From: the human T2T-CHM13v2.0 reference genome, Homo sapiens
Length of the DNA: 64,000 bases
Assembly (NCBI RefSeq): GCF_009914755.1
Contig: NC_060935.1
Reading direction: 5' to 3' (one strand)
Position numbers and translations under genes: made by a program. A model generated the notes under the pieces. The model had not been told where the DNA came from and made no database searches. It saw only the letters and a program-made list of their open reading frames with translations. Positions 42,096-57,000 of the stretch are shown here, piece by piece. Position 1 is the stretch's first letter, and each line of letters starts with the position of its first letter.

Positions 42096-44147
42096 ACATT
42101 TGAGGAAAGCTTCTTTGGAGGTATTTATGAACTTAAAACTCCACTAGTGGATAGATTTTCTTTGTGCTGCAGCCATAATAATACTCAGAAACATGAATAC
42201 CAGGGATGTATGTCCTTCCGATGAGTGAGCCTTATTCTCAATACTGTGTGTGTTTATCTCTTAAAATACATTTCCTTGCTGCAGTGGCAAGACATTTAGT
42301 CTTCTCTATGGAGCTGACATGAGATGTGGTTTTTGGCATCTCTGTGGCCTTGAAGATATTTTTTATGTCAGATTGGTACTAGATAGAGCCACAGTTTGGA
42401 ATATTTTGCAGTAGAGGAGGCTGCAGGTCTGTGATGAGAATAGGTTGATTCAGCTATTGCTTGTACTGCTACACTCCAGGGACAGCTTGAGGTCTTTTGG
42501 TTATGATATTCCCAGTGTTCTTCCTCAGTGCGGGAACGCTGGCATGCCAGAAAGTGCTTTTCTGTGACCTCTGCTTGTCTGCTTTTTGTGAACTTCAGGA
42601 AATGGCTACTCAGAGGAAAGATAAAACCTTTATAGATTTCCAAGTACTGCATTTGTGAAATACCTCCTCAGTAGCATCCAGGTTATGTTCAGGTAATCTG
42701 AAAGTATGAACACAGACAACCTTTGAAAACTATTTCAAAAGAAACAACTTGGCTCCCAGAATTTTGGCTGGTCCCCATCGTTTCCCCCTCAGTGACTCAC
42801 TTTGGTTTGATGATTGTTACTCACCTCTTCGCACACTTAGCGCTGTAATTGTTCAGTATCAAAGAATACATCCTCTGGGTTTACAGGGGCAATGAACTTT
42901 TGTTTCTATTGAAAAAGTGGAACTCAAGTTTGATCTTAAATTGGAATAAAAAGTTAACAGTGATTGTCTTTGGGTATTGGGACTGTGGATATGTTTTTCT
43001 TCCTTCTAATTTTCAGTTTTTCCCTTAAATGTCAATAATGAACATGTATTATTATTTTATAATGGGCTTAAAGCCAAGAAACTTTTTGGAAAATTTGCTC
43101 TTCAATTTTTTTTTTTTCTGTGTGTGATCTCTAGAGATTGTTTCTGCAAAATGGATCCTGATTTCTCACACTTTTTCTTCTTTGGAGCTTACATTTTAGT
43201 GTCTATTATGGTGGATTGAGTGATGGCTTCAAATAGCAGAGGAAGATTCTCATTTATTAACTGAGACTTGCCTGGAGAAGGAGGCAAGTCAGAGCCAAGT
43301 CAATGAGACTATTGAGGTCATCTGAGTCTGGAGCAGGCTGCCAAAGAGGAGACATCTATTCCCTACCCCAGACCTCTTAGTTCCTCTCAAGGAAATCCAG
43401 AAGCCACCATTCTTCTGTGACTCTCTGTTGTTGGTAGTTAGTCATTAATGCTGTCAAGCCCTGTTTTGCGCTGGTACATGTCTGCCAATGAGTCTGACAA
43501 TGTGCCTTTCAGTGGGTGCTTTTGAAATACCACCTCCTGATGGTCCTCTCTGACCTTACGGTTGCATCTTCCTCCCATCAAAAGCAGACACATCAGATGC
43601 TTTGTGGGACGCTGCCTGTGCCTAGCCTAGGGTAACTAGATGATCATGTGACATGTCAGATGAAGTCCTAGATCCGGAAGAAAAAGAAGGCAGCAGTTTT
43701 GAGCAAAAATAAGACAGGGTTGAAAATAAGCCCTACCTATTTGACCAGCTCACCGATTTTTAACTCCCGGACTCAGATTCCCACAGAAAGCACATGCAGG
43801 TGACAAAGTAGATGAAATCAGCCTTCCAGCCAACCCATTAGCTATCCATCACTGTTTGTCTTAAGTAAATAGCTATTTGCAGAGCTGCTTCAGTGGCTTT
43901 TTGGTGACTTGGCTTTATGGTATGCTTGTAGCTTTTCCTTAGATGAAAATTTCAGAGTTTGTTCAGTCTGATAACACTCAAGCATAACTGAACACCTCAT
44001 TTAGTTATAACCTCAAATACTTCTTTATCTTGAAGATGATCAAGGGCAAATATAAGAAAATCCCCTAATACGCAGCCACTTGGGATGAAAATGGGCGAGT
44101 TGGGCTTTCCATTTAGGTGCAATCAAAGACGTATCCGTAGAAAACTG

Positions 44148-44465
44148 GGTTGGGCACAGTGGCCCACACCTGCAATCCCAGCACTTTGGGAGGCTGTGGT
44201 GGGAGGATTGCTTGAGCCCAGGAATTTGAGACCAGCCTCGGCAACATAGCAAGACCCTATCATTACAAAAATATAAAAAACATTAGCTAGACATGGTGGT
44301 GCACACCTGTAGTCCCAGCTACTCAGGAGACTGAGGTGAGAGAATCACTTGAGGCTGGGAATCTGGGGCTGCAGTAAGCTACAACTGTGTCACTGCAGTC
44401 CATCCTGAGTGGCGGAGTGAGACACCCTGTCTCTTAAACAACAACAACAACAACAACAACAAAAA
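44148..44465 (+). mobile_element. AluJ with (CAA)n tail
   Basis: gggaggattgcttgagcccagg; TSD agaaaactg at 44139-44147 / 44466-44474. Confidence 0.92.
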
Positions 44466-44474
44466 AGAAAACTG

Positions 44475-45010
44475 CTCTGGAGTCACAGCATACAGTTCTT
44501 TGCTCAACTCCAACACTGCAAAAATCTCCGGCTGCACAGAGATTGCATGGTGGTGCATCACGACCCTGTGCTGTTTTCCAGAGAGGTATGCTGGACGGGA
44601 CCATAACAGCTGCAAACTCTCCCAGAGGGGGTTCCTAAACTTCATGAACACTGTACTGGTTGCCTTCACAAAGAACCAGAAGGGCTCTGGTGCCCTTGAC
44701 TGCATGATGAAGAAACTGGACTTCAACTGTGATGGGCAGGCTAGATTTTCAGGACTTTCTCAGTCTTACTGATGGTGTAGCTGTGGCTTGCCCTGACTCC
44801 TTCATCCCGGCTGGCCATGCCCATGAGAGAATCTGAGGTGCCCTTGAGCCTGGCCTCCAGACCTACTCCCTTTCCTTCTAGCCCCCTACTTTCCATTTCT
44901 CTTCACAGCCCACACATCCCTTGAACTCAGTGTACCGACCACCCCTTGAAGGCCACTTCTGTTGGTAGTGATAAAACACAGTATTGTTTCAAACACACAC
45001 AAACACAGAC
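44475..45010 (+). pseudogene. S100A11 processed pseudogene
   Basis: Intronless: AKIS..TE..CI..YAG.D..LS..FL.FMNT.L.AFTKNQK..G.LD.MMKKLD.N.DGQ; ATG mutated to ACT (44515-44517); frameshifts; stop 44834-44836; 3'UTR and decayed polyA signal (gataaa about 44970); A/C-rich tail. Confidence 0.93.
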
Positions 45011-45759
45011 CCTCAGGTTTGTAGATAATCTGTTAGATGTTCTTTCCTCTGTCCCTTCAGCAGTTACCTTTATAAGGACCTACTATGTGCAACGCTGAGG
45101 ATTCAGAAAGGAAGAAGACATGAATTTTTCCTGGGTGAATTTATTGTCCTAGAAGGGCAGGTGAGACCCATGCACAAATAGATTTTGCAGAGTTGAAGGT
45201 GGATATTGCTTCAGGAAGGCATAAAGTGTTATGGGCCCGAATCTCAACAATTTTACAAGGGGACAACATAGACAACCAACCTGAAACTATTTATAAATAA
45301 CCATGTGCACATAAAAAAGTGTTTATTTTTCCTGAAGTTTCTCTAACATATGGGCATTTCTCCCTACATTATTTCTATTTATTGCACACACTGGGGCAAA
45401 TTTATCATCCTGCGTAAATGTCATTAAATTTTACTCACTCTCCACTCTGAGTTAATTTGTTTGCTTTGTAGCTGAAGGGTTGTTCTGATCTTGTCTGAAA
45501 GACAGAAAACAGAAGTGTCTCACTTGTGACAACTCCCTCAACCTCCTTTCTTTACTCCTAAGCTATGTTTCAACAGAAGCAGACTGAGCTTCTCTCCAGA
45601 ACTTATTCCAACTTAGGGAAATGAATTAGACAATCTGGAAAAAACCTCAAAAGCAAGAACCTTTCTCCCCCTTGAACAAGTCCCTAAACAGCCAGCCTGG
45701 TTTCTTTCCACTCCATTAGGCCTTGCTGGGACTCCTCTAGAGTTCAAGACCAATTAGCT

Positions 45760-45930
45760 GTCATTTATTGAGTGCTTACATATAGTCACCTCAAACTCTC
45801 TCACAATATCAGCTGAGGAAACTGAGGCCAAGAAGTCAAGTAATTTAGCCAAGATCACAGAGCTGAAATTTAGACCTGGGTGTGCCTCATTCCAAAAACC
45901 GATGATTTTCCCCATTGTGCTATGCTACTC
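45760..45930 (-). mobile_element. MIR
   Basis: catttattgagtgctta...gaggaaactgaggcc...aagtaatttagccaagatcacag. Confidence 0.72.
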
Positions 45931-46154
45931 TTAAATCCAAAATCCCAGTAGAGGAGAAGATGCCTTTTAGTTAAAAGAATTAAACAACCCCCTCCCCCAC
46001 CAAAAAACCATCTTCATTTGCCCAGCTCTCACATGTCTATAATCCCTTCATTCTCCTGCCCTTCTCATATGCAGGAGGTAGGTGAAAGCTGGATGAAATA
46101 GCAGAAGGAAGCTGCCTATCATAGCTGTCCCCATGCAAAATAGAAGGGTGTTCT

Positions 46155-46548
<394 letters not shown>

Positions 46549-47249
46549 TACCTTTCTGCCACACTAGAAACCTTCTAGTGATTGGCTGTTGGTGAGTTGG
46601 TTTTGCCTCCTGCTCCATAGTTCAGCCTGTCAGGTGTTTCTCTGAGGGTCCCTCGCCCCTGTGTGTCCCCTGGCACTTTGTGGATCTTCCTGTTTGCAAG
46701 GACCTGGAGGCTGCTTTGCAAGGACCTGGAGGCTGGAGCAAGTGGGATGCAGGTTGTGGGACCAGTGGCTCTGTATAATCTCTTGATGAAGTGAGAGCTT
46801 TCCTTCCTGCGGACACACTCCCTCCTGCCCATTTTGGTGACTCAGACATGGCCAGAATTGACTCATGCTTATGCTTAAGAAGGAATCTTTCCAGCCAGAC
46901 TTAGACTTTTAAGATTCTTTGGATGAAACTGATTATTTCCTGGGAAGCCATGTGCATTCTCTGAGTGACTGACATAGGCGAGCACTGCTCTTTCAGGCCA
47001 AAGCTGGATCCCTGCAAATGTTGCAGGATGGATGAAGAAAACAAGACACTGAGAGTGTCAGTGAATTACAGAACTGTGAAAATTTGAGATTTCATGGAGT
47101 CATATTTCTGAAAAGAACATCTGTAGGGATGGGCCTGTCTAAATTTTTCCAGAGAGTTTTCATTTTGGCTTCTTCCAGATCTTGGGATGACTGACTAGGG
47201 TAGGGAATGGAGGGTAATAATTAGCAAAGTAAGACTGGGGTGGGGGATG

Positions 47250-47430
47250 CCTCAAGTTGATTATAAGTTCAAATATGAATCAACAGTATGATGTGGCTGC
47301 TTATACAAGAGGATTCACTCCTAGGCTGCATTGATAGGACTGCGTTATCTAAGACCAGAGGTGTGATTGTTGTCTCATGCTTAAGGATCCTGGGGAGATT
47401 TTCTTGGAGTGCTGAGTTCATTTCTGGAAT
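47250..47430 (+). mobile_element. L3/CR1 fragment
   Basis: aatatgaatcaacagtatgatgtggctgc...ctaggctgcattgatag...ttggagtgctgagttcatttctgg. Confidence 0.6.
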
Positions 47431-48679
47431 TTCACTGGTTCATTTCTGTTTATTTAAAATTCTAGAATCTTTCTGGGTCACCTTTCTGGGCTCAAAAAGC
47501 AAGAGTTGTCGGGGTGATAGGCATCTGATCATATCATGAATATAATTGAATATAGCTATGGGAATTAAGTTTTAACCATTCCTAACAAATCAGATTAAAA
47601 TAGCTAAGAAATATCAATACCTAATCATTGTCAAGCATCTGCAGTTTCTGCTTTGAGTAATGTTTAACTGTGAAAATCATTTTTTAATTATGCCTGAGCT
47701 CTGTGAACATAAACCCCAAAGTAAAACACATGATTAGTTCATTCAATATCCAGTTGCACCCTTCCAGGTGAATAGTGCCAGGCAAAGTATTGGAGGGAAT
47801 ACAAATAAGAATAAGCATATTATTTCCCCCTTCACTCCCCCAGGTTTTTAATTCCTCTGTTGCCAAAGTGTTTATATGCTATTTGGGGAAACAAGTAATA
47901 CTGAGCAAAAAGTTAAATCACAGTTAAGGGCAAGCATGCGATCCCTTTCAGCAGACAACTAAAATACCTGACCCATCTGTAAACAGCTGTTACACAAGCT
48001 CTCTGCCTGGAACCAAGAAGTAAGCGGAGGAGACTCTGAGCTGATGAATTTCAAGAGGTCCCAGCATTAAAACCAGAATTTACTGATAACCCTTTACATC
48101 CTTATTTATACCCTATTCCTACTTTACAAACATTTCTAACTCCAGTTCTAGCACCCCGAAATTAGCAAATCAGAGGCAACAAATGAGAGGGGAAAAGAAG
48201 CATCCATAGACACAGGCAAGCACCTTTTGAAAACAAGGTAAGTAGTAAGTAAATATAGGCAGACACCCTGACAGTAATAGAGCTTGACATTAATAGCTAG
48301 GCAACAGATGTGACAGAAAGCTATAAAATTCTGTGCCTGGGGTAGGTCTAAATAGTCCCACTGAGCTCAGTGACCCTGAGGGCTTCATTGCATTAAGGGG
48401 CATTATAGTAATTGATGCATTTTTTTCTGAGTCTGATAGCCTGTGTTTATAACAGTGACCCTGAGGCCTTCAGGGAAGATTAAATTATGCTCAGTGGATG
48501 CTGTTCAAAAAGGTATATGGGTGTATTGTATTTTTTTTTCTTAAGTCATTTTAGAGAGGCATCCATCCTAATGTCTAAAGCAGTGCCATTGTCATAGAAG
48601 AGATGTCTTTTGAAAACAAAGGAGAAATAAGATGAAAAGGAATTGCCGCTTCAAAATAAGTTTTAAAAAACCATTTGGT

Positions 48680-49080
<401 letters not shown>

Positions 49081-49121
49081 TCAAGACAGTTCTCTCCATT
49101 GCCAGCAATAACAAGTGCTTT

Positions 49122-49300
49122 AGAACTGTGCTGTCCAGAATGGTAGCCACAGTCATATATTATGACTGTTTAAACTTAAATAAAGAATTCAGTGTCTCAG
49201 TTGCACTAGCCACCTGTGGCTAATGGCTACCTTATTGGACAGTGCAGATATAAATATTTCCATTATGGCAGAAAATACTTTTGGACATTAAAGCTTTAGA
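49122..49300. mobile_element. MER3 (hAT-Charlie)
   Basis: gtgctgtccagaatggtagccac...cagttgcactagccacctgtggctaatggctaccttattggacagtgcag. Confidence 0.75.
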
Positions 49301-50266
49301 AAGTCAGGGGGAGACAAGATTCCTGGGGGCTGGTGTAGATCAACAAGGCTTCAGGTGGGGATTAAAGCAATCATATATATACCTTTTGGTGTTAGTTTCT
49401 TGTTTGGTTTATGGTGTTTGATTATTTGAGTTAACTCCACAGTGGAATTCCAGTTAGGTTTGGTTCCATTAGAATCATAGAAAAATACTGTATCTGAATG
49501 ATTTCCTGGGTATAATGTTTCCACACAGTTCTGAGGCAGCCAGAAAAATTATCTGAAAACATGGGCCCTCTGAGAGACATTTTTTTCCTAAATACACAGA
49601 AGATTCTAGAAGATGACAGAGGTCACAAGGCTATTGGTTAATTCCATGCTAAATAATTGAAGTACTTATCTGTATTTTTTTTAGAGTTCATTCTGCTAGA
49701 TATATGTTGGAAATAGGCAAAAAATTTCAACCAGGTTTTCCAAACAGCTTTTAGGGAGCAAAAATGTTTCTTTCTCACATACATGTTCAGCTGAAATACT
49801 AGCATGTCTTAAATTACCCGGGGAGGAAGTATTCAGCAGCTCCCCTGTGGTCTGATGTGTGAGTGATGGTTGTGATGAAGAGGACATCTCTTAGGAAAGT
49901 GGAAGATCAGTGAATTACAGGGAAGATAATGGCATTCAATTACAGCCAAGGGGACTCTTCTTTACTTGGCTTATAGGTCTCATGATATATGTGGATTTAA
50001 AATGAAAAGAGGAGAAACTAAAGCCAGTTTAATGGGTGACTTATAATTTGAGCAGGGAACAAAATGACTTTCTCAGTCTTACAGAACTCCAATCGATGAC
50101 CTAATTAATTTTTCCCCCTAGGGCAGCTGAATGGAGGCGGGTATCATGGGAATGTCATAACGGTCATGTGTGCCTTTAGCTGCCAAGGTAATTTATACCT
50201 GTGAGTTAATGGAAGTATGATTGGCTTATTGAACAAGCTGGACTTGGTAGGCACAAGTAGGGTGCA

Positions 50267-50830
<564 letters not shown>

Positions 50831-52149
50831 TAGTTACTGCAGGGCTGGGATGGGGTTAGGAGAATCAGGGAGAGAAGGTCAAGGATCACGGATGAGAATC
50901 TGGACATTGTAGTTTGATACCACGACCTTCAGGGTGGCAGATGCACAGTTACCGGCTGGGTATGGGGTCCTTTTGAGGGTTTCCTGAGGTCCCCATAGTG
51001 GAAGCTTTTCATTTTTCAGGGTAGTCCCCTGTCCAGAAGAGGGGTTTGGGGGAGTGTTGAAATAGGCAGCACACTGACCTCCCTCTGCAGAAATGTCTTG
51101 GACTTCCCAGTGAATTCTTCCCCTCTCTTAAAGAGCTTGAAGTGTGTGGTGGGCTCAAGGTAGCAGAGCTGGCAGCTCAGTTTCTTAGCAAGTCCTGGGG
51201 ATGTGGTCAAAGATAGGAGAAGTTCTGGCATCTGTTGAATGGTTTTGCCCTGTGCAGCCTCAACAACCCTGAGACCACAGCAAATGTGGCCTTTAACATC
51301 CTGTTACCCAAAGCATCTGGACCTCTCAGCCAGGAAGAGGCCTAATTTGACAGGCTTCTCAGCTGCGAACCTTGACTCCCGCATCCTAGGTGAGGAACCC
51401 AGGGGTTCGTGGTATTTCAGTCAATGTGGCCACGGCCCACAAGTATCTAAGTCTTTATTGGGAGAAAAGACTGAAATATAGGTTCAGTCTGGATTACAGG
51501 GAATCTATGCTCATCCTGGTGTTTCCACAGCATTCATTTAACAAGCATTCATTGAGCCCACTGGATTGGCTGTTGTGGGATCAGGGAATGGTCAGGGAAG
51601 ACTTCCTCGAGGTGGTGATGTCTTCTGACCTAGGTTTTGAAAGAGGAATTGGATATGCCCATGAAGCTGAGTGGTATCATCCTTAGACCTTGACAATAGG
51701 GTCCCATTCTGGCCCTCTTGGTTTGTATGTCTCCATGGGACAGGAGATACGCAGGACCAAGGGGCCAGGCCCACACAGAGTCCACACTCTCTCTTCTACA
51801 GTCCAGAACGTATGTGATGCTCTGGATACCCAGGACCCGAGTTCCATGTCCCGTCTGCTTCCATGGCCTGTGTGGGCTTCATTCTCTCATCCCAAGAGCA
51901 GACTATGATGCCAGTGTGCACGCTCTGAGGCCCGAGGGATGACAGAGAAGTGGCTATTTGAGGAGGCTGGGAAAGAAGGACTTGTGTATGCAGCCCAGCA
52001 TTTCCATTAGTGAGAGACCCCTTGTGGTGTGGGTTGGCGCTGGCAAAGAAGGTGGGGCCAGCACAGGGCCAGGGGTCAGAGTGAGAATTCTGTGTTTGAA
52101 GCTGGACTACCATCATGAATGAATCAATATCAAGATAGGATAGGATATG

Positions 52150-52255
52150 CTTTAATAATTTGTTTTAATGTATAACTAAAATATTTACATTTATGGCATG
52201 TGGGCCACCATTTGTACTCTTGCCCCAGGTTCTGCAAATGTTAGGAGTAGGACTG
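52150..52255. mobile_element. MER45-like (hAT-Tip100) terminus
   Basis: ttgccccaggttctgcaaatgttaggagtaggactg resembles the MER45 end. Confidence 0.45.
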
Positions 52256-53551
52256 AAGATAAATACATTCGTTTGGGTGACTGGATAGCTTCAAGTCATA
52301 GGAGATAGAAGGCAGCTCTAGATTAAATAGAAAAGAATCCTAATTAGGAAGGAATCAGATGGACTTTAGGTGAAACCTGCAATGATGGGCAGGCTCAGCT
52401 TGGTGAGGGAGAAGAGTAGGGAGATGAAGTATTTGAGGGGAGCTGTGTCAAAGCTGGCCTGTCTTACAGATGGTGTGTTACACAGAGCAGGACCTGAGAA
52501 GAACTGCTGTTTGGCAGCTTGATGGTTCTCTCTGTAGGATGAATAGTATTCAGGGTACAGGAAATGGGAAAAGAGGGTGATCTAAGAAGGAAAGGGCAAG
52601 TGGCCCCTACCCAGGTGTGTTTTTCAGTAGTGATTGTGCTGAGCAAGTGGCAGATGTCATTCTGCTGCTGTGGTCAGGTTGAGGGCTCGAGGTGACCCCT
52701 GGGCTGATAGCTTGTGTCCCCCCTGGGAAGCTCTGTGTAGAGTTAGGGAAAGCATAGAATGAACAGTGTTAAACTTCAGAGCACAAGACTTAGAATCTGA
52801 GAAACAATGGTGTTTGAAAGTGCCAGCTGGGATGGTAGCCGTGGCAAGATGGGGAGTTTCAAGCTTTTAAATAACATGTTTATTACTTACACTGCTTTTT
52901 ATAATCCTAAATCTCCCAGTTTTGATTGCCATTGCCAGCTGCTATGAGATGGGCTTTGTTGATGGATTGTATTTATAAATTTGGATGTTTGTATGTTAGT
53001 GGAGACTTTATTTCAACTCTACAGCAGCTTGAATTGATAATCGTGTGGAAGAATTCTGGGCTTTACCCATTTAGCCCAGACACTGCTGTTTTAACCTTGT
53101 TGGATGGTTGTCACACTGTATTTATTTTGATCTGTACTCTGAGATCACCCTTCAGAGGTCTGCTTCCTCCATCTTCAGGTGTGCATTTTGGGGAGGGGAG
53201 TTCTGGGCAGGTCTTTCTGAAGGGCAGTTCGTGTCGCTACTTTGGAAATGATTGCACATGTGGATCCATTACTTGCCCTATCTGCCATCTAATGTCACAC
53301 TGCCTTTGGCCACTTCGTTGTGCATTGTCTCACTTAAGTCCTGCCTTATGATGCTCAGCCCAGGAGGGTTGTTTGGTGCCACGGTGTCCTATTAGCAGGA
53401 TAACATATTACATTTTGTCACTATAAAAGGAGTGAGGAGTTGAAAAGCCAGTTTCCTGGAGGATATGGAAAACTAATTCTGATTCATGGCCTCCGTCTGA
53501 ACCATCCATCAGTCCTGTCCCTTGTTTGGCTTGTAGAAATAGCCTTCATCG

Positions 53552-53948
<397 letters not shown>

Positions 53949-55119
53949 TCATGGGAGCAATTTCTTTCAAAGAAAGTGATTAAAATGTATGAACATTCAC
54001 TGTCCATGGCTGTCTTGGACAGGGCCACCTGTATCTCTCAAACACAGCAAATGACAATCCCAAATGCTCGCTGGCCTCTGGGAGAGACCTTGGCTTCACT
54101 GGAATGGAAGTAGAAAATTGGCTTTTCAGTATTACCTCTGATGGGAGGGGGGAGCATGAGATTGAGGTGTGGTGGGGGCCAGGAGAGGTGGGTGAGCATA
54201 CACATCCCTGATTTTGAAGAACTCAAGAATCCATCCCTATGCAATAGTGCAGCCCAAGTCTGCTGCCTGGTGTGAGGAAGGGGTTGTGGATGAAACAATT
54301 CTCTTTGGTGGGACCCATATGGGCGTGAGTGAGTTCATGGGTTCCTGGTGTAGCAGAACCATTTACTGGCTTAAGATCACAGAGTGATGTGTGAGTGCTG
54401 CCATGTTCAATGGTGTCTTTAGCTTGCCTGGGTCTATGTCCATGGATTATATTTGGCTTGAGCATCTATTGTGAATGCATGTGTGTTTGTCTTCCTGGTA
54501 CTTGGTTACATGTTGTTGGTCACAGGGAGATTTATGCATAGTGGAGAAGTTGTTGGCCTTGGGATAGTACGTTTAATTAAAAATAATTCCTTTACCTATG
54601 TGCTTCTGCTAAATAAATACATAAAGAAAAATCCCTCTTAAGTATTTGCGTTTTGTTCCTTGCAAAGACTAGTGCAGGCAGAGATGATCCTGAGGGAAAT
54701 GAAGTTCCTGGTCTTTGCTGTGTGGGATTATTTAAAAATGGGTTTACATACACATGTTTATAAGCTGAGCAAAACGTTCTGGGAGGCAGACACCAAAGTG
54801 CCATGTATGGTTATCTCTGCATGGTGGGATTATGGTAGACTCATTTTCTTCTTTTTATTTATCTATATTTTCTAATTATTCTGCAGTAAAATTGCTTTGC
54901 TGAGGTATTTGAAAATAGGTAAAAAGCATTAAAATTGAATTGGGGGGTTGGTTTATATATATGTAATTCTCTTTCCCTAAAGAATAACCGGTTCTACTTT
55001 ATGTTTTCCTAAGAAATGGACTTCTTTTTTTTTCTTTGTAACAAAAAAAAATATTTTTATAGACCACCCTTTCAATAAAAAGGAAAAAATGATATTTAAG
55101 TGCAATTTGATAGGCTGGC

Positions 55120-55345
55120 GTAATGGTATCTATTATGTATTGTGCATCTACCACGTACCAGGCACTTAACCCATCTCACTCTCAGCTGTTACAGCAGCAC
55201 CGCATGGTAGCTGCTATCATCCTCATTTTATAAACCGGGGACACAGAGGTTAACCAGCCTGCTCCACAGGTGAGTGCTGAGCTGGGATTCGAGAAAATGC
55301 CTGACTCTGAAGTTTGGTTCTCCCCACATGCCAGACTGCCTCCCT
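55120..55345 (-). mobile_element. MIR
   Basis: ctaccacgtaccaggcac...tatcatcctcattttataaaccggggacacagagg...gagctgggattcga. Confidence 0.65.
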
Positions 55346-55554
55346 CAGCATGAAGGCATCCAGGATCACTGAACTGGGATCTTGCAGGTGTTGGCTGTAC
55401 CTTGTCACTGTCATTTGTCCCCAGGCATTTCATTCTTCTTCATGCCTGAATAGCAAAGTGATTCACACCTGTGCAGCCTTTTCTCCCAAAGGACCTGTAT
55501 GTTGCTATTGCTAAATTAATCATCTGGTTAAAAAAATCTACCTAAATAATAAAA

Positions 55555-55800
55555 TCAGCCAACATTTACAGAGTGCTCACCATGTGCCAGACATACTGAG
55601 TCTTTTATGTGGTTTGGCTCATTATGTTTTTACAGCAGCCCTGGGAGGTGTATATCATTATGCTCCTTATTTTGCAGATGTAGAAATTGAGGCATCGAGA
55701 GATAGCTTGTCTAGGATCACCCAGCTAGTGAGGATTAGAGCTGGTTTTAGGGCTTAGGCAATCAACCCCAGGGCTATATGCCTCATCAGGACACAGTGCT
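55555..55800 (-). mobile_element. MIR
   Basis: gagtgctcaccatgtgccagac...attttgcagatgtagaaattgaggc...gatcacccagctagtga. Confidence 0.75.
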
Positions 55801-56704
55801 GAAGAAAGTATCTGTTGCTGGTTTGTGAATGCTAGGCCTCTCCCATGCTGTAGTCAAAATTGTGGAGATTCTTTCTAGAGGAGAGGAAGGTATATGCTGA
55901 CTTCCAAAGAGAGTGTGAATCATTTAGTGTCTAGCCAATTTTTAATCCGTAAGCGGATCACTATATGGACAGAGTTTATTGATCAGCAGAGTTCTTTGCT
56001 GGAGAGTAGTACCCTGAGCTGTCTAATGAACCAGTTTCCAGTAAAAAGTAGATGGAGAACAATGCTATGTAGGGAAGATAATTTAAGGAGCATATTCCCT
56101 ACTTCTCTGGATATGTTTACTTTCATCCATGAGTCTTCATCATGGGTAGACCATGAAAAGGTTACATTCATGGACTACATGAACTTAGCCATGGAAAATG
56201 GTCTTCATTAGGCTATTTTTATATATTAACCTTCTAAATGTTTTTGAAGGTTTCAACAAAATCATCTGCAACATACCCATTATGCAATATCTGTAAAAAA
56301 ATTTTCCTTTTAGTTTTGTGCAGATAAAAGTTTAGGTTCCTTGAGTAGCTAGTGTGTTTCTTTCCCAAATAATGAGAATTATGTAATTCAACCTGTGTCT
56401 ATCTTTATTATCAATCTATGTCCATCTTTACTGTCACTGCCGGGAAGCTTGGCCCTAGGGAAACAGCATATTCAATGATTAGGGGCTGGAGCTCTTTGCT
56501 GCCAAATTGTTTGGGTTCAAAACTTGATTGTTCCACTCATGGACCAGTGACTTTCAGCAAATTTCTTAACTTCCCTGTTTTCCAGTTTCCTTACATATAA
56601 GTTGGAAATGATAATATCATGTTTCCTTGATTCTTAGCTGCACATTTTTTTTTTTTATTTTAACATCTCCGAAATCAAAGTGTTTTGCCATTGTTCAACG
56701 GCAG

Positions 56705-57000
56705 CTTTCTCTCTCTCTCTTTTTTTGGTACGGTCTTCCTCTGTTGCTCAGGCTAGAGTGCAATGGCATAATCATAGTTTACTGCAGCTTCAACTTAAGT
56801 GATTCCTCCCACCTCTGCCTCCCGAGTAGCCAGGACTCCAGGTGTGCGCCACCATGCCTGGCTAATTCTTTTTCTATTTTTTGTAGAGACGGGGTTCACC
56901 GTGTTGGCCAGGCTGGTCTTGAACTCCCGGGCTCAAGTAATCCTCCCACCTCAGCCTGCCAAAGTACTGGGATTACCTGCATGAGCCACCATGCTCAGCC
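56705..57000 (-). mobile_element. AluJ (within a MIR spanning about 56460-57110)
   Basis: aatcatagtttactgcagcttcaac; ccgggctcaagtaatcctcccacc. Confidence 0.88.

Noticed and set aside
44500-44772. 90-aa S100-like ORF as a functional retrogene
   Set aside because: The ATG is lost, the N-terminal part has indels, and a frameshift in the C-terminal EF-hand loop truncates it.
51786-51815. Microexon-like ctctctcttctacag|tccagaac|gtatgt
   Set aside because: 8 nt is not frame-preserving, there is no other support, and the region may be an old DNA-transposon relic.
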